A DNA stretch of 64,000 bases, taken from positions 448,001-512,000 of the forward strand of contig OZ252239.1 of assembly GCA_965249485.1 (NCBI GenBank). Reading direction: 5' to 3'. A model generated the notes under the pieces. It worked only from the letters and a program-made list of their open reading frames with translations. It was not told the origin of the DNA and made no database searches. The DNA comes from a bacterium. GTDB lineage: Bacteria > SM23-31. The position numbers and the translations under genes were made by a program. Shown here in pieces: positions 31,431 through 41,887 of the stretch (its first letter is position 1; each line of letters starts with the position of its first letter).

Positions 31431-31522
31431 TAGATTTTAATTCAGAGATTGATTTAGTTTTAATAATTATAGTTCTATTGATTTTCTTTATACCCGCTGT
31501 AATGTAGGGAGTTTGTAATATA

Positions 31523-32467
31523 ATGAATGATGCCACTACAGTCTGGCTGCCTTCACAAAGTTCCACGATGGCGGGCGAGATTGACACCCTATTGTTTTTT
31601 CTCTATTATATGTCGGTGTTCTTTCTTGCATTAATCGTCGGAATAATTGTTCTTTTTGTTGTCAAATACCGCCGCAAAGGGAAACCCGGATTGACTTCCA
31701 GCATTTCCGGTAACAGGGCTCTGGAGGTACTGTGGACGGCTATTCCGACAATACTCGTTTTGATAATCTTCGGTTGGGGATTCAGAGATTTTCTCCGATT
31801 GCAGATTATCCCCCACGACGCCCTTGAAATACGAGTATCGGGAATAAAATGGTCGTGGAATATGGACTATGCCGAAGGAGCTAATAGTGTCAATGAACTT
31901 GTTGTTCCGGTGAATAGACCAGTCAAATTGCTTATGTCGTCACGGGATGTTATCCACTCATTTTTCATTCCTGCTTTCAGAGTTAAAATGGATGTACTCC
32001 CAAACCGTTACACGACGCTCTGGTTTGAAGCAAATGAGACCGGTGAATTCACCCTCTTTTGTGCAGAATTTTGCGGGCAGCAGCATTCTCTTATGAGAGG
32101 GCTGGTAAAAGTGCTTTCAGTAGAGGATTATGCTCAATGGATTCAGGAAAACTCAAATATTCTGGAAGGGCTTACTGCAGAAGAAGGCGGTGAGCTGCTC
32201 TTTAACAGGAATTTATGCTACACCTGTCACAGTAACGACGGCACTGCGGGCAATGGTCCGACATGGCAGGGATTGTACGGAACAATGGAACAGTTGGCCG
32301 ACGGCACTGAAGTATTAGTAGACGAAAACTATATCCGGGAATCGATTCTTGAACCACAGGCAAAGGTAACGGCTGGTTATGAGCCGATTATGCCGACGTA
32401 TCAGGGAATATTGCAGGAAGATCACATTGACGCTCTTATAGCGTACATTAAATCACTGAGTAATTGA
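31523..32467 (+). CDS. coxB: Cytochrome c oxidase subunit II with fused cytochrome c (caa3 type)
   Basis: LEVLWT, DVIHSF, CuA motif CAEFCGQQHSLM; C-terminal CYTCH...MP. Confidence 0.95.
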   Translation: MNDATTVWLPSQSSTMAGEIDTLLFFLYYMSVFFLALIVGIIVLFVVKYRRKGKPGLTSSISGNRALEVLWTAIPTILVLIIFGWGFRDFLRLQIIPHDALEIRVSGIKWSWNMDYAEGANSVNELVVPVNRPVKLLMSSRDVIHSFFIPAFRVKMDVLPNRYTTLWFEANETGEFTLFCAEFCGQQHSLMRGLVKVLSVEDYAQWIQENSNILEGLTAEEGGELLFNRNLCYTCHSNDGTAGNGPTWQGLYGTMEQLADGTEVLVDENYIRESILEPQAKVTAGYEPIMPTYQGILQEDHIDALIAYIKSLSN

Positions 32468-32476
32468 GGTGTTGCA

Positions 32477-34087
32477 TTGAACACTATACCCGAACGTAAT
32501 TTTTTAACCGAAAAAAAAGGAATTGCGTCGTGGCTGCTTACGGTCGACCACAAACGGATCGGCATAATGTATCTCATTTCGATCACATTAGCCTTTTTTG
32601 CCGCCGGAATTTTCGCTCTCATTCTGAGACTGGAACTGCTCTATCCGGGTGAGGATTTTATTTCACCCGATACGTACAATCAGTTTTTTACTCTGCATGG
32701 AATTATAATGATTTTCTTGTTTATCATACCGTCAATTCCTGCAGTGCTCGGTAATTTTGTTTTACCACTTCAGATAGGCGCGAAAGACGTTGCATTCCCT
32801 CGCTTAAATCTTTTAAGCTGGTATCTCTACTGGGCAGGGGCATTTCTGGCTGTCTATTCTATCATGTCGGGCGGTATCGATACAGGCTGGACTTTTTACG
32901 CACCGTACAGCACCGATATTAGCGGAGCAGTAATTCCGATGACGATGGGAGCGTTCATCATCGGATTTTCATCAATTTTAACCGGTCTGAATTTTATTGT
33001 TACAATACACAAAATGCGTGCGCCGGGCATGACCTGGTTCAAAATGCCGCTCTTTGTTTGGGGGCTGTATGCTACGGCAGTACTGCAGGTGGTCGCAACT
33101 CCCGTTATTGGTATAACCCTTGTTCTGCTCGTGCTTGAACGTCTTCTTGGTGTCGGAATTTTCGATCCGGCTATGGGCGGTGATCCGGTCTTGTTTCAGC
33201 ATTTTTTCTGGTTCTATTCACATCCAGCGGTCTATATCATGATTCTCCCGGGAATGGGGATTATCAGCGAACTCATCACCGCATTCAGCCATAAAAGGAT
33301 TTTCGGTTACAAAGCGATCGCATATTCGAGTCTCGGTATTGCATTCACGAGCTTTCTCGTGTGGGGTCACCACATGTTTACGAGCGGCCAGTCTGAATTT
33401 GCGGTTATGATATTTTCGTTTCTGACATTTGTGGTCGGCATTCCATCGGCTATTAAAATCTTTAACTGGGTAGCAACCCTTTATAAAGGATCAATATCGC
33501 TCGACACACCGATGCTGTACGCACTTTCATTTTTAATACTTTTTACAATCGGGGGCTTAACGGGAATTTTTCTCGGTACGCTGTCGGTCGATATTTTTCT
33601 TCACGACACATACTTTGTCGTAGCCCACTTCCATTATGTTATGATGGGCGGTACCGTTATGGCGTTTCTCGGTGGACTCCATTACTGGTGGCCGAAAATT
33701 TGGGGGAGAACCTATAATGAGCGTCTCGGCCAAATCACCGCAGTTATTGTTTTTGTCGGATTTAACGTGACTTTTATATCCCAGTTTTTAGTCGGCCTTC
33801 AGGGCATGCCGCGACGGTATCATACGTATCTGCCGGAGTTTCAGCGGATGCACGGTTTTTCATCGGTCGGTTCATTTATTCTTGGTGCAGGCCTTCTAAT
33901 TGTAGCAATATACTTGATTCATGCTGTTTTCAAAGGTAAGCCGGCCGGCAGTAATCCCTGGGGTGCATTAACGCTCGAATGGCAAACAACATCTCCGCCG
34001 CCACTCCATAATTTTGAGGAACCGCCGGTAGCAACGCACGGACCGTATAATTTCGATAAAATAGAAGTAGAAAGTACGCTCAGGTAA
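32477..34087 (+). CDS. coxA: Cytochrome c oxidase subunit I, A2 type
   Basis: [19 protein letters not shown] (YS = A2 type), [23 protein letters not shown]. Confidence 0.97.
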   Translation: MNTIPERNFLTEKKGIASWLLTVDHKRIGIMYLISITLAFFAAGIFALILRLELLYPGEDFISPDTYNQFFTLHGIIMIFLFIIPSIPAVLGNFVLPLQIGAKDVAFPRLNLLSWYLYWAGAFLAVYSIMSGGIDTGWTFYAPYSTDISGAVIPMTMGAFIIGFSSILTGLNFIVTIHKMRAPGMTWFKMPLFVWGLYATAVLQVVATPVIGITLVLLVLERLLGVGIFDPAMGGDPVLFQHFFWFYSHPAVYIMILPGMGIISELITAFSHKRIFGYKAIAYSSLGIAFTSFLVWGHHMFTSGQSEFAVMIFSFLTFVVGIPSAIKIFNWVATLYKGSISLDTPMLYALSFLILFTIGGLTGIFLGTLSVDIFLHDTYFVVAHFHYVMMGGTVMAFLGGLHYWWPKIWGRTYNERLGQITAVIVFVGFNVTFISQFLVGLQGMPRRYHTYLPEFQRMHGFSSVGSFILGAGLLIVAIYLIHAVFKGKPAGSNPWGALTLEWQTTSPPPLHNFEEPPVATHGPYNFDKIEVESTLR

Positions 34088-34091
34088 TTCT

Positions 34092-34742
34092 ATGGAATCA
34101 CAGCACACTGACCACCCTAAATTTCTTCAGCACCATTTTCATGATGCGCAGCAGCAGCATGAATCCGCAAAGCTAGGAATGTGGTTATTTTTATTGACCG
34201 AAGTACTCCTTTTCGGCGGCCTTTTTCTGGCGTATGCTGTTTTTCGTGCTTGGAATCCTGAGATGTTTGCTGCGGCAAACGAAGAATTGAGTGTTCCGTT
34301 AGGTTCTCTGAATACTATTATGCTCATTACGAGCTCACTGACTATGGCACTAGCCATCAGAAGTGTTCAACTGAATAACAGCACAGCAAGCATCAAATAT
34401 CTTGTTATGACGATTCTGTTTGCTGCAGGATTTATGATCGTTAAATATTTTGAATACAGCCATAAATTTGAGGTAGGACAGCTCCCAGGAGAATACTATT
34501 TTTTTGAAGGGATTGAGGGAACAAATCCGCATATATTTTTCAGCCTTTATTTTATGATGACAGGTCTCCATGGCATTCATGTTATGATAGGAATAGGGAT
34601 CATTTCATGGATGATTTTGCGGGTAAAAAAAGGTGAGTTCTCAAGTGAATATTATACTCCGCTTGAATTAACCGGCCTGTACTGGCATCTTGTTGATTTG
34701 ATTTGGATTTATCTGTTCCCATTACTGTACTTAATCGGTTAA
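34092..34742 (+). CDS. coxC: Cytochrome c oxidase subunit III
   Basis: GMWLFLLTEVLLFGG, MTGLHGIH, GLYWHLVDLIW. Confidence 0.93.
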   Translation: MESQHTDHPKFLQHHFHDAQQQHESAKLGMWLFLLTEVLLFGGLFLAYAVFRAWNPEMFAAANEELSVPLGSLNTIMLITSSLTMALAIRSVQLNNSTASIKYLVMTILFAAGFMIVKYFEYSHKFEVGQLPGEYYFFEGIEGTNPHIFFSLYFMMTGLHGIHVMIGIGIISWMILRVKKGEFSSEYYTPLELTGLYWHLVDLIWIYLFPLLYLIG

Positions 34743-34746
34743 GACT

Positions 34747-35133
34747 ATGAGCAAACAGGGACCACATGTAATTCCACTCGGTGTTTACCTCGGTATCGGG
34801 GGTGCACTATTTGTGATGACAATTGTCACGATTGCTGTGTCGTATATTGAACTTGGATTTTTGAATATTGTTGTTGCGCTTGCCATTGCCTCGATCAAGG
34901 CACTGCTCGTAGCATTTTTCTTTATGCATCTTTACTATGACAATAAATTGTATTTATTCATCTTTGCCTCTTCCTTGTTTTTCTTAACAGTCCTCATCTC
35001 GACTACAATGTTCGATACACTTCGCCGAGGCGATATCTATGATTACCGGAGTAGTGCAATTCAACCTGATGCGAAAATATATACATTGCCTACAACCTCG
35101 ACTGCTCTTGCAGATTCATCGGGACCGCAATAA
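34747..35133 (+). CDS. coxD: Cytochrome c oxidase subunit IV
   Basis: Three TM helices, KALLVAFFFMHL. Confidence 0.85.
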   Translation: MSKQGPHVIPLGVYLGIGGALFVMTIVTIAVSYIELGFLNIVVALAIASIKALLVAFFFMHLYYDNKLYLFIFASSLFFLTVLISTTMFDTLRRGDIYDYRSSAIQPDAKIYTLPTTSTALADSSGPQ

Positions 35134-35249
35134 AATAATCCGCTTTCGTAGAAATTTGAATCATTTTTGTTGCTTCTTATAATGTTTCTATATTACTTTT
35201 CTTCTCTATCAGCCATATATCTGATTCTAATCATAGACTGGAAACGACA

Positions 35250-36185
35250 GTGATGACCTCCTTTCGCAGAAGTGCACTTATCTCAACCTTAGCAACGTAT
35301 TTTTTGATTTTTGTCGGCGGGCTTGTCAGAGTAGCCGGTGCCGGTCTTGGATGTCCCGACTGGCCAAAGTGTTTCGGGCGGTGGATTCCACCAACCGATG
35401 TCAGCCAGATTCCTGTGGGTATTGATCCAGCAACATTCAATTTTACACTTGCCTGGATCGAATATGTGAATCGTTTATTCGGTGTCTTACTCGGAGTTCT
35501 GATTGTGATAACCACTGTCTTCGCTATCCGGCAATACCGGAACGTGCCGAGAATATTTTATTCGTCTTTAGCAGCACTCTTTGTGGTCGGATTTCAGGGG
35601 TGGTACGGAAGTCTTGTTGTCGGGTCAGAGCTGCTTCCGATCACGGTGAGCGTTCATATGTTGCTTGCGTTTTTGCTCGCAGGTCTCCTTATCTATGCAA
35701 CCCAACAGGCCTATTATATTGAAACACCCGGCTCGGACTCGGATGTATCCTATCCGAATCAGTTATCGAAATGGCTGTGGATTCTGGCCGGTCTGACACT
35801 TCTGCAGATTGTGCTTGGAACACAAATCAGATCGGCAATCGAGATTATTCAGGTACAGTTTCCTGAAATAGCGAGAGGAGAATGGCTTGATCGTGTGGGA
35901 TCTGTGCAGAATGTGCACTGGATCGTCAGTATTGTCATGCTTCTGATTACCTGGCAGATTAGCAGGACTCTTGTCAGACAAAAATCAGCGCTGCCGCCGT
36001 TGATTAAACTGAGTTCTCATGGGCTGATGCTTTTTATTGCTGCACAGATTACTGTTGGAATTGTGATCGTCACAACCGGAATCCCTGAAATCATGCAATT
36101 GTTCCATTTGTGGTTTGCTAGCCTCTATTTCGGTGTGATTGTTATACTGCTTTCGGGATTGAATAGGTGTCCTGGAAAATCATGA
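35250..36185 (+). CDS. ctaA: Heme A synthase (COX15/CtaA)
   Basis: GAGLGCPDWPKCFG, EYVNR, VHM, VHW, FHL. Confidence 0.88.
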   Translation: MMTSFRRSALISTLATYFLIFVGGLVRVAGAGLGCPDWPKCFGRWIPPTDVSQIPVGIDPATFNFTLAWIEYVNRLFGVLLGVLIVITTVFAIRQYRNVPRIFYSSLAALFVVGFQGWYGSLVVGSELLPITVSVHMLLAFLLAGLLIYATQQAYYIETPGSDSDVSYPNQLSKWLWILAGLTLLQIVLGTQIRSAIEIIQVQFPEIARGEWLDRVGSVQNVHWIVSIVMLLITWQISRTLVRQKSALPPLIKLSSHGLMLFIAAQITVGIVIVTTGIPEIMQLFHLWFASLYFGVIVILLSGLNRCPGKS

Positions 36186-36201
36186 AACGGAGTATCGCAC
36201 A

Positions 36202-36789
36202 ATGAAAAAGATATTTATAATCGCAGTTATTGGTTTATTTGTTATGGGGCTCGGCGCATGGTACGTCATTTTTCAGGCGAATCAATCACGGATCGAGGCA
36301 ATCGACATTTATGGTGAAGTACCGGCATTTGAATTTACCGCCCATTCTGGTGAACCGTTTGGTATTGGCAATATGAAAGGTACTCTCTCTGTTGTCGATT
36401 TTATATTTACAAGCTGTCAGTCTGCTTGCCCAATTATGTCTGCAACAATGAAGGAATTGTATCAGATTTATCATGGTTCCGGTACTGTTCAATTTGTTTC
36501 TTTTTCAGTCGATCCTGATGTCGATACACTGCCGGTTTTACGAGATTATGCCCGGATGTGGGGAGTTGATGATAAATACTGGACCTTTGTCAGGGCACCC
36601 GTAGAAGACATCAAAAATCTAAGTGAGCAGGGATTTTATCTTCCTGCTGAGGGTCTTCCGATGGGACACAGTACGAGATTTGCGCTTGTTGATCAAAACG
36701 GAAAAATCAGAGGGTATTACGATAGTTTTGATCCAGAAAGTATGGCAGAATTAAAAACACGTATCGATTATCTAGCAGATGAAATGTGA
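36202..36789 (+). CDS. SCO1/SenC family copper chaperone
   Basis: FIFTSCQSACP, SVDP..DT, HSTRFALVD...IRGYY. Confidence 0.9.
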   Translation: MKKIFIIAVIGLFVMGLGAWYVIFQANQSRIEAIDIYGEVPAFEFTAHSGEPFGIGNMKGTLSVVDFIFTSCQSACPIMSATMKELYQIYHGSGTVQFVSFSVDPDVDTLPVLRDYARMWGVDDKYWTFVRAPVEDIKNLSEQGFYLPAEGLPMGHSTRFALVDQNGKIRGYYDSFDPESMAELKTRIDYLADEM

Positions 36790-37205
36790 TGGCTCTATCG
36801 GATCTCGTAACGATAAATGCTCTTTTAAACAGCGTTGCAAGCATACTCCTGTTAGCAGGATTTATTCAAATCAGGAAAGGAAACCGTGATGTACACAAAA
36901 AGCTAATGCTCAGCGCTCTTGGTGTTTCGATTCTGTTTCTTATCTCATATCTCGTCTACCACGCCAATGTGGGATCGGTACCTTATCCGTATAATGACTG
37001 GACAAGACCCGTCTACTTTTTCATATTAGTCCCCCATATAATCCTTGCAGCGGTGATGGGTCCTTTTATCCTCTACGTCGTCCGGCATGCATTCAAGGAG
37101 AATTTCACAAAACATAAACGGCTCGCCCGGTGGGTTTTTCCGGTTTGGATGTATGTTTCAGTTACCGGTGTGTGCATCTATTTGATGTTGTACCGCCCTT
37201 TTTAG
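36786..37205 (+). CDS. DUF420 (CtaM-like) oxidase assembly membrane protein
   Basis: NALLN, HKKLM, FLISYLVYH, HIILA, WMYVSVTG. Confidence 0.88.
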   Translation: MMALSDLVTINALLNSVASILLLAGFIQIRKGNRDVHKKLMLSALGVSILFLISYLVYHANVGSVPYPYNDWTRPVYFFILVPHIILAAVMGPFILYVVRHAFKENFTKHKRLARWVFPVWMYVSVTGVCIYLMLYRPF

Positions 37206-37232
37206 AAATCCAAACTTGCAACAAAAATTCGG

Positions 37233-38369
37233 TCATAATCTGATAAATTTACTGCCGGGCAGCTTGCGAATAAGTCCTTTAAGCTCAAGTGTGAGGAGAA
37301 TTGCCAGGACTTTTGCTGTGGGTAAATCACTTTTTTGTGTGATATTGTCAATTTGTATAGGTTCAGAATCGACGCATTCATAGAGAATCGATTCTTCATG
37401 GGACAGATTGACAGGGGGTGCTTTAATCTCTTCTACTATATCGGAAGTTATCCCAAGTGCCGGTCTGAGTTCGTTGATAATATCCTGAGCATTCTGGACA
37501 AGCTTCGCAGCCCCGTCTCTGATGAGTGCATTCGATCCGAGGCTATAGCGGCTCGAAATATTACCCGGTACGGCGAACACCTCCCGGTTTTGTTCGAGGG
37601 CTGCCGATGCTGTGATGAGCGCTCCGCTTTTTTTACCTGCTTCAACCACTACTGTCCCCAACGACATACCGCTGATTATCCTGTTTCGCTGCGGAAAATT
37701 TCCGGGCCATGGTTTTGTGCCGAATGGAAACTCTGATACCACTGCACCGTTATTGATTATTTCTTTAGAGAGTGAATTATTTGAAGCGGGATACACAACA
37801 TCAATACCGCACCCAAGAATGGCAATGGTCCGGCCGCCCGATTTCAGCGATGCCCAATGTGCTTCAGTGTCAATACCTGCTGCCATACCGCTCACAACCG
37901 TAATTCCATGAGCGGCAAGATCTCCTGCAATCTTCTCGGCGGCACACCGACCATATTCAGATACTGTCCGAGACCCGACAACTGCAATAGACCGTTCATC
38001 TTCGGGCCGAATAGTACCTTTCATGAAAAGAACAAGAGGAGGGCTGTAAATATTGAGCAGGTTTTTCGGGTAAGCTTCATCCCAAATTGTAAGAACTGAA
38101 GCATTGTGTTTTTTTAACTTTTCTAATTGTTCATCAACGTGCTTCGCAAGTTCAGGGTCACGGACAGATTTCAAAAAATATTTTGCAAGCTTTTCACTAA
38201 AACCATCGACTCGTATCAAATCGTTGACCGGCGCACTATACATACGCTCAGGGTTTTTAAAAGCCTGAATTAGTTTATATGCTCTGTAGGGTCCGATAGA
38301 AGGGATAAAGTGAAGTTTGAGAAGGTCGCGGAGCGGTAATTTCTTTGTTTTATTGAGATCCTGTATCAT
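37233..38369 (-). CDS. dprA: DNA-processing protein DprA
   Basis: VVGSR, VSGMAAGID, SEFP, FPQRNRIISG, KSGALIT, VFAVPG, C-terminal winged helix. Confidence 0.95.
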   Translation of the reverse strand: MIQDLNKTKKLPLRDLLKLHFIPSIGPYRAYKLIQAFKNPERMYSAPVNDLIRVDGFSEKLAKYFLKSVRDPELAKHVDEQLEKLKKHNASVLTIWDEAYPKNLLNIYSPPLVLFMKGTIRPEDERSIAVVGSRTVSEYGRCAAEKIAGDLAAHGITVVSGMAAGIDTEAHWASLKSGGRTIAILGCGIDVVYPASNNSLSKEIINNGAVVSEFPFGTKPWPGNFPQRNRIISGMSLGTVVVEAGKKSGALITASAALEQNREVFAVPGNISSRYSLGSNALIRDGAAKLVQNAQDIINELRPALGITSDIVEEIKAPPVNLSHEESILYECVDSEPIQIDNITQKSDLPTAKVLAILLTLELKGLIRKLPGSKFIRL

Positions 38370-39327
38370 AGTTAAGGAGCGTGCAACATCTCTCTTTGAG
38401 TTCAGTTAGACCAGTATGTCTCACCGCTGAAAGTGCGAGTACCGGAATCCCTTCAATTTTTTTGGGAATATCGGCTTCAGGATCAAGGTCTTGTTTTGTC
38501 AGAATTATGAGTTTTGCTTTTTTGAGGACGGCCGGATTAAATTTTTCAATTTCCTGCGAAAGAGTCTTGTAGGTTGCCACTGGATCAGAATCGGTAATTT
38601 CAATAAGGAACATTAATACACTCGTGCGCTCGATATGGCGGAGAAATCTGTCTCCGAGTCCTTTTCCAGTGTGTGCTCCTTCGATAAGGCCGGGAATATC
38701 GGCCATTACAAAACTGTGAAATTCATGGCACTTGACAATTCCGAGATTGGGAACAAGCGTAGTAAAAGGGTAATCGGCAATTTTCGGACGTGCTGCTGAA
38801 ACAACAGAAATAAGAGTCGATTTTCCGGCATTAGGAAAACCGACTAATCCGATATCGGCAAGCAGCTTAAGTTCGAGCGTAACTGTTTTCCGTTCACCTT
38901 CTATGCCCGGCTCCCATTTTCGGGGCGCTCTGTCAGTCGGTGACACATAGCGAGCGTTCCCACGTCCTCCCCGGCCGCCACGCACAACGGTCAGCTGTTG
39001 CCCAGATTCCATAATTTCACCTAAAACGGTTTCGTCTTCATGGATAACTGTGCCAATTGGAACCGGAATTGTGACACTACTACCGGCTTTACCTTTCTTG
39101 TTTGCACTCTTGCCATGCACTCCTCGTTTTGCTTTATAAATCCGGCTGTATCTGGTATCAATTAACGTATGTAACCCGGAGTCGCCAATGAAAATAATGT
39201 CACCGCCTTTTCCCCCATCACCACCATCAGGACCACCGAGAGAGACATATTTTTCGCGCTTAAAACTCATACAGCCACTCCCCCCCGTACCAGCAATGAG
39301 CTTTATTACTGCTTCATCGACAAACAT
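38350..39327 (-). CDS. obgE: GTPase ObgE/CgtA
   Basis: MFVD, GGPDGGDGG, LELKLLAD, GFPNAGKST, YPFTTL, DIPG. Confidence 0.97.
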   Translation of the reverse strand: MFVDEAVIKLIAGTGGSGCMSFKREKYVSLGGPDGGDGGKGGDIIFIGDSGLHTLIDTRYSRIYKAKRGVHGKSANKKGKAGSSVTIPVPIGTVIHEDETVLGEIMESGQQLTVVRGGRGGRGNARYVSPTDRAPRKWEPGIEGERKTVTLELKLLADIGLVGFPNAGKSTLISVVSAARPKIADYPFTTLVPNLGIVKCHEFHSFVMADIPGLIEGAHTGKGLGDRFLRHIERTSVLMFLIEITDSDPVATYKTLSQEIEKFNPAVLKKAKLIILTKQDLDPEADIPKKIEGIPVLALSAVRHTGLTELKERCCTLLNYDTGSQ

Positions 39328-39388
39328 TTCAGTTATTTCGGATTTCTCTTGTAAGTGATTTATTGATGTGAATCCGTGTGACTTATTG

Positions 39389-39435
39389 AAAAAAGGGCTC
39401 TGATTAGTGATATGTCATATAGACGGAGCCCTTTT
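39389..39435 (-). terminator. Probable intrinsic terminator downstream of icd
   Basis: AAAAGGGCTC...GAGCCCTTTT inverted repeat; U6 tract on the - strand. Confidence 0.55.
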
Positions 39436-39547
39436 CTGATTTTTTTGTAGAGTAATAATTAGTACATTTTTTCTGCTTGCCCGGAAATCGTATTCGTCGC
39501 TATTATACCGATAAATTTATCGACCACCATGCAAATGCATATATAGT

Positions 39548-40792
39548 TTACATATTGTCGACAATTGCCTGGCCAAATTCCGAGCACTTCAATAATTTCG
39601 CACCCTCAACCTGCCGTTCTAGATCGTACGTAAGTGTTTTGTTCAGGATTGTTTTCTCCAAACCTCTATAGACGTTGTCCCGTGCATCATCCCAGCCGAG
39701 ATATTCAAGCATGAGTGCTCCCGAAAGAATCAAAGAACCGGGATTGACTTTGTCTTGTCCCGCATATTTGGGAGCGGTACCATGTGTCGCTTCAAAGAGA
39801 CCGATATAATCACCGATGTTTGCTCCCGGGGCCAAACCGAGTCCGCCGACCTGTGCTGCACATGCGTCCGACAGATAGTCTCCGTTAAGATTCATGGTAG
39901 CAAGGACATCATATTCGTTCGGCCGAATGAGAACCTGCTGAAATATACTGTCTGCTATTCTGTCATTGATGACAATCTTACCATCGGGTACATTCCCATT
40001 GTGTTTATCCCAGAGATCCTTTTCAGAAATGGTCACATCTCCGTACTCTTCTGCAGCAAGCTGATAACCCCAATCACGAAAGGCACCTTCCGTGTATTTC
40101 ATAATATTGCCTTTATGGACGAGTGTGACGCTCTTCCGGTCCCGTTCAATTGCATAATCAATCGCCTTTTTTATAAGTCGGCGTGATCCTGTAATGCTGA
40201 TCGGTTTTACTCCAATACCGGAATCGCGTAATATCGATGTGCCCATGGTTTCATTCAGGAAATTAATGACCTGAACAGCTTCCGCAGAACCTTCCTGCCA
40301 TTCGATTCCTGAATATACATCCTCAGTGTTTTCACGAAAGATGACAATGTCGAGATTTTCGGGATGGCTCACTGGACTCGGTGTCCCCTGATAATACCGT
40401 ACCGGCCTTATGCATGCATAGAGGTTCAGCAATTGTCTCAGAGACACATTCAGGCTGCGGAATCCTCCGCCGATCGGCGTCGTCAGAGGTCCTTTAATAG
40501 CAACGATATAATATTTGATAGCTTCCAGTGTATCTTGTGGGAGGAATTCATTGTATTTTTCGTCCGCCTTTTCACCGGCATATATTTCAAACCACTCTAT
40601 TTTTTTTGCACCGTTATATGCTTTTTCTATAGCAGCATCGAGAACAATCTGCGTCGCCTTCCAAATATCAACTCCAATACCATCTCCTGCGATAAACGGA
40701 ATAATCGGGTTATCTGGAATCTTCAGTGTGTTATTTTCAATTAGGATTCTCTCGCCGCTTTTAGGATGTTCGAGCTTCTGAAATGTTGTCAT
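39548..40792 (-). CDS. icd: NADP-dependent isocitrate dehydrogenase
   Basis: [52 protein letters not shown]. Confidence 0.97.
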   Translation of the reverse strand: MTTFQKLEHPKSGERILIENNTLKIPDNPIIPFIAGDGIGVDIWKATQIVLDAAIEKAYNGAKKIEWFEIYAGEKADEKYNEFLPQDTLEAIKYYIVAIKGPLTTPIGGGFRSLNVSLRQLLNLYACIRPVRYYQGTPSPVSHPENLDIVIFRENTEDVYSGIEWQEGSAEAVQVINFLNETMGTSILRDSGIGVKPISITGSRRLIKKAIDYAIERDRKSVTLVHKGNIMKYTEGAFRDWGYQLAAEEYGDVTISEKDLWDKHNGNVPDGKIVINDRIADSIFQQVLIRPNEYDVLATMNLNGDYLSDACAAQVGGLGLAPGANIGDYIGLFEATHGTAPKYAGQDKVNPGSLILSGALMLEYLGWDDARDNVYRGLEKTILNKTLTYDLERQVEGAKLLKCSEFGQAIVDNM

Positions 40793-40976
40793 CGTTTTCC
40801 TCTTTCAATTACACGTTATTCAATAACGCTATTCTGTATTAAATCACAAAATTAGATGATTACATTAATCAAACTCACACCTTGAAATATACTCTTTATA
40901 TGCTTAAAAATCAATGGTTTCAACGGAAATATATGACAGAATACAACTAATTATTTATATTATTTCAAATAAGTGT

Positions 40977-41003
40977 TAAAGTTTGTAATACAGGTGCCGA
41001 TGT
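40977..41003 (+). promoter_or_regulatory. Sigma-28 (FliA/SigD)-type promoter
   Basis: TAAAGTTT-N11-GCCGATGT against consensus TAAAGTTT-N11-GCCGATAA. Confidence 0.65.
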
Positions 41004-41127
41004 AAAGATACGGGCAGTACAGTCATTTTTTGAATTTTGTACACATAAAGCGACTCAATCCCTTTTTTAAGGGTGTTACAACTTCCTGATTTATTCTTTT
41101 AGATGGTGCAATCCGGGTGAGTTTATT

Positions 41128-41217
41128 ATGGCAATAAGCGACTTTACCCGTATCAGCACTACTTATTTGGTACACCCCCTTTTACAATCCTTTAAAACCA
41201 AGAGATTCCACGTTTAA
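41128..41217 (+). pseudogene. Possible flagellin 5' remnant (29 aa)
   Basis: MAISDFTRIST... resembles the flagellin N-terminus (M....TRIxTN); lies about 125 nt downstream of the sigma-28 promoter; similarity fades quickly. Confidence 0.35.
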
Positions 41218-41420
41218 TTCTGTCAAGAATGCTTTAAGATAACTGGCCGAAGTGATGTTGGTAATAATTACACTGCAAGGAATAAGTACATAATCGCAAC
41301 TATAGATTATTTCGTACTATCATGTATGGATTTGTTTAGAAATCGTGCGCAGAAACTACACGATGTTTGTGCAGAGAATTCGAGAATTAGGAGGTATATC
41401 GTACTTCTGAAACGGATAGG

Positions 41421-41606
41421 TTAGCGTTTTAAAAAACCGAGGCAATATTGATTAGCGGTTACAAAATCTCCGTCAAACTTCCCTCTGCATATTCCTTCTC
41501 GGGCCCGCGGAGGACTATTGCGATTTGAGTGTGCCCGTTCTTCCCAGTATTTACAATTGAGGCAGCTTTCTTCGAATTTGAGGCCGTCTTTTCTTGGTTC
41601 GCTCAT
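41421..41606 (-). CDS. Small 4-Cys protein with HiPIP-like cysteine spacing
   Basis: CLNCKYW...GICRGKFDGDFVTANQYCLGF; GC-richer ORF within AT-rich flanks. Confidence 0.55.
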   Translation of the reverse strand: MSEPRKDGLKFEESCLNCKYWEERAHSNRNSPPRAREGICRGKFDGDFVTANQYCLGFLKR

Positions 41607-41887
41607 TGTATAATTATTTAGGATAGATTTTTCTTATTCTTTTATTTTTGTATAAATCAGGTAAAATTATTTTGTTTAATTGCATACATTGACATACTAT
41701 AGTACAAATTTTAAGTTAATTTCACAAAGTAAATCTATACTATTTAAGCTAATTTCAAGAAAATTTTATCATTGCTGCACATATATAGTTTACTAACTTT
41801 CCATAGTTGATAAGAGTTATTACTGTTTCGTGTTAAATTTTGTAACTGAAGTATTTCAACCAACATAATCAAAGGAGGAGCATTTCC

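Noticed and set aside
35450..35480. CtaA motif EYVNR lacking the usual His of ExxHR
   Set aside because: The ExxNR variant is, to my knowledge, common in Bacteroidota-type CtaA; the other His residues and the Cys pair are present.
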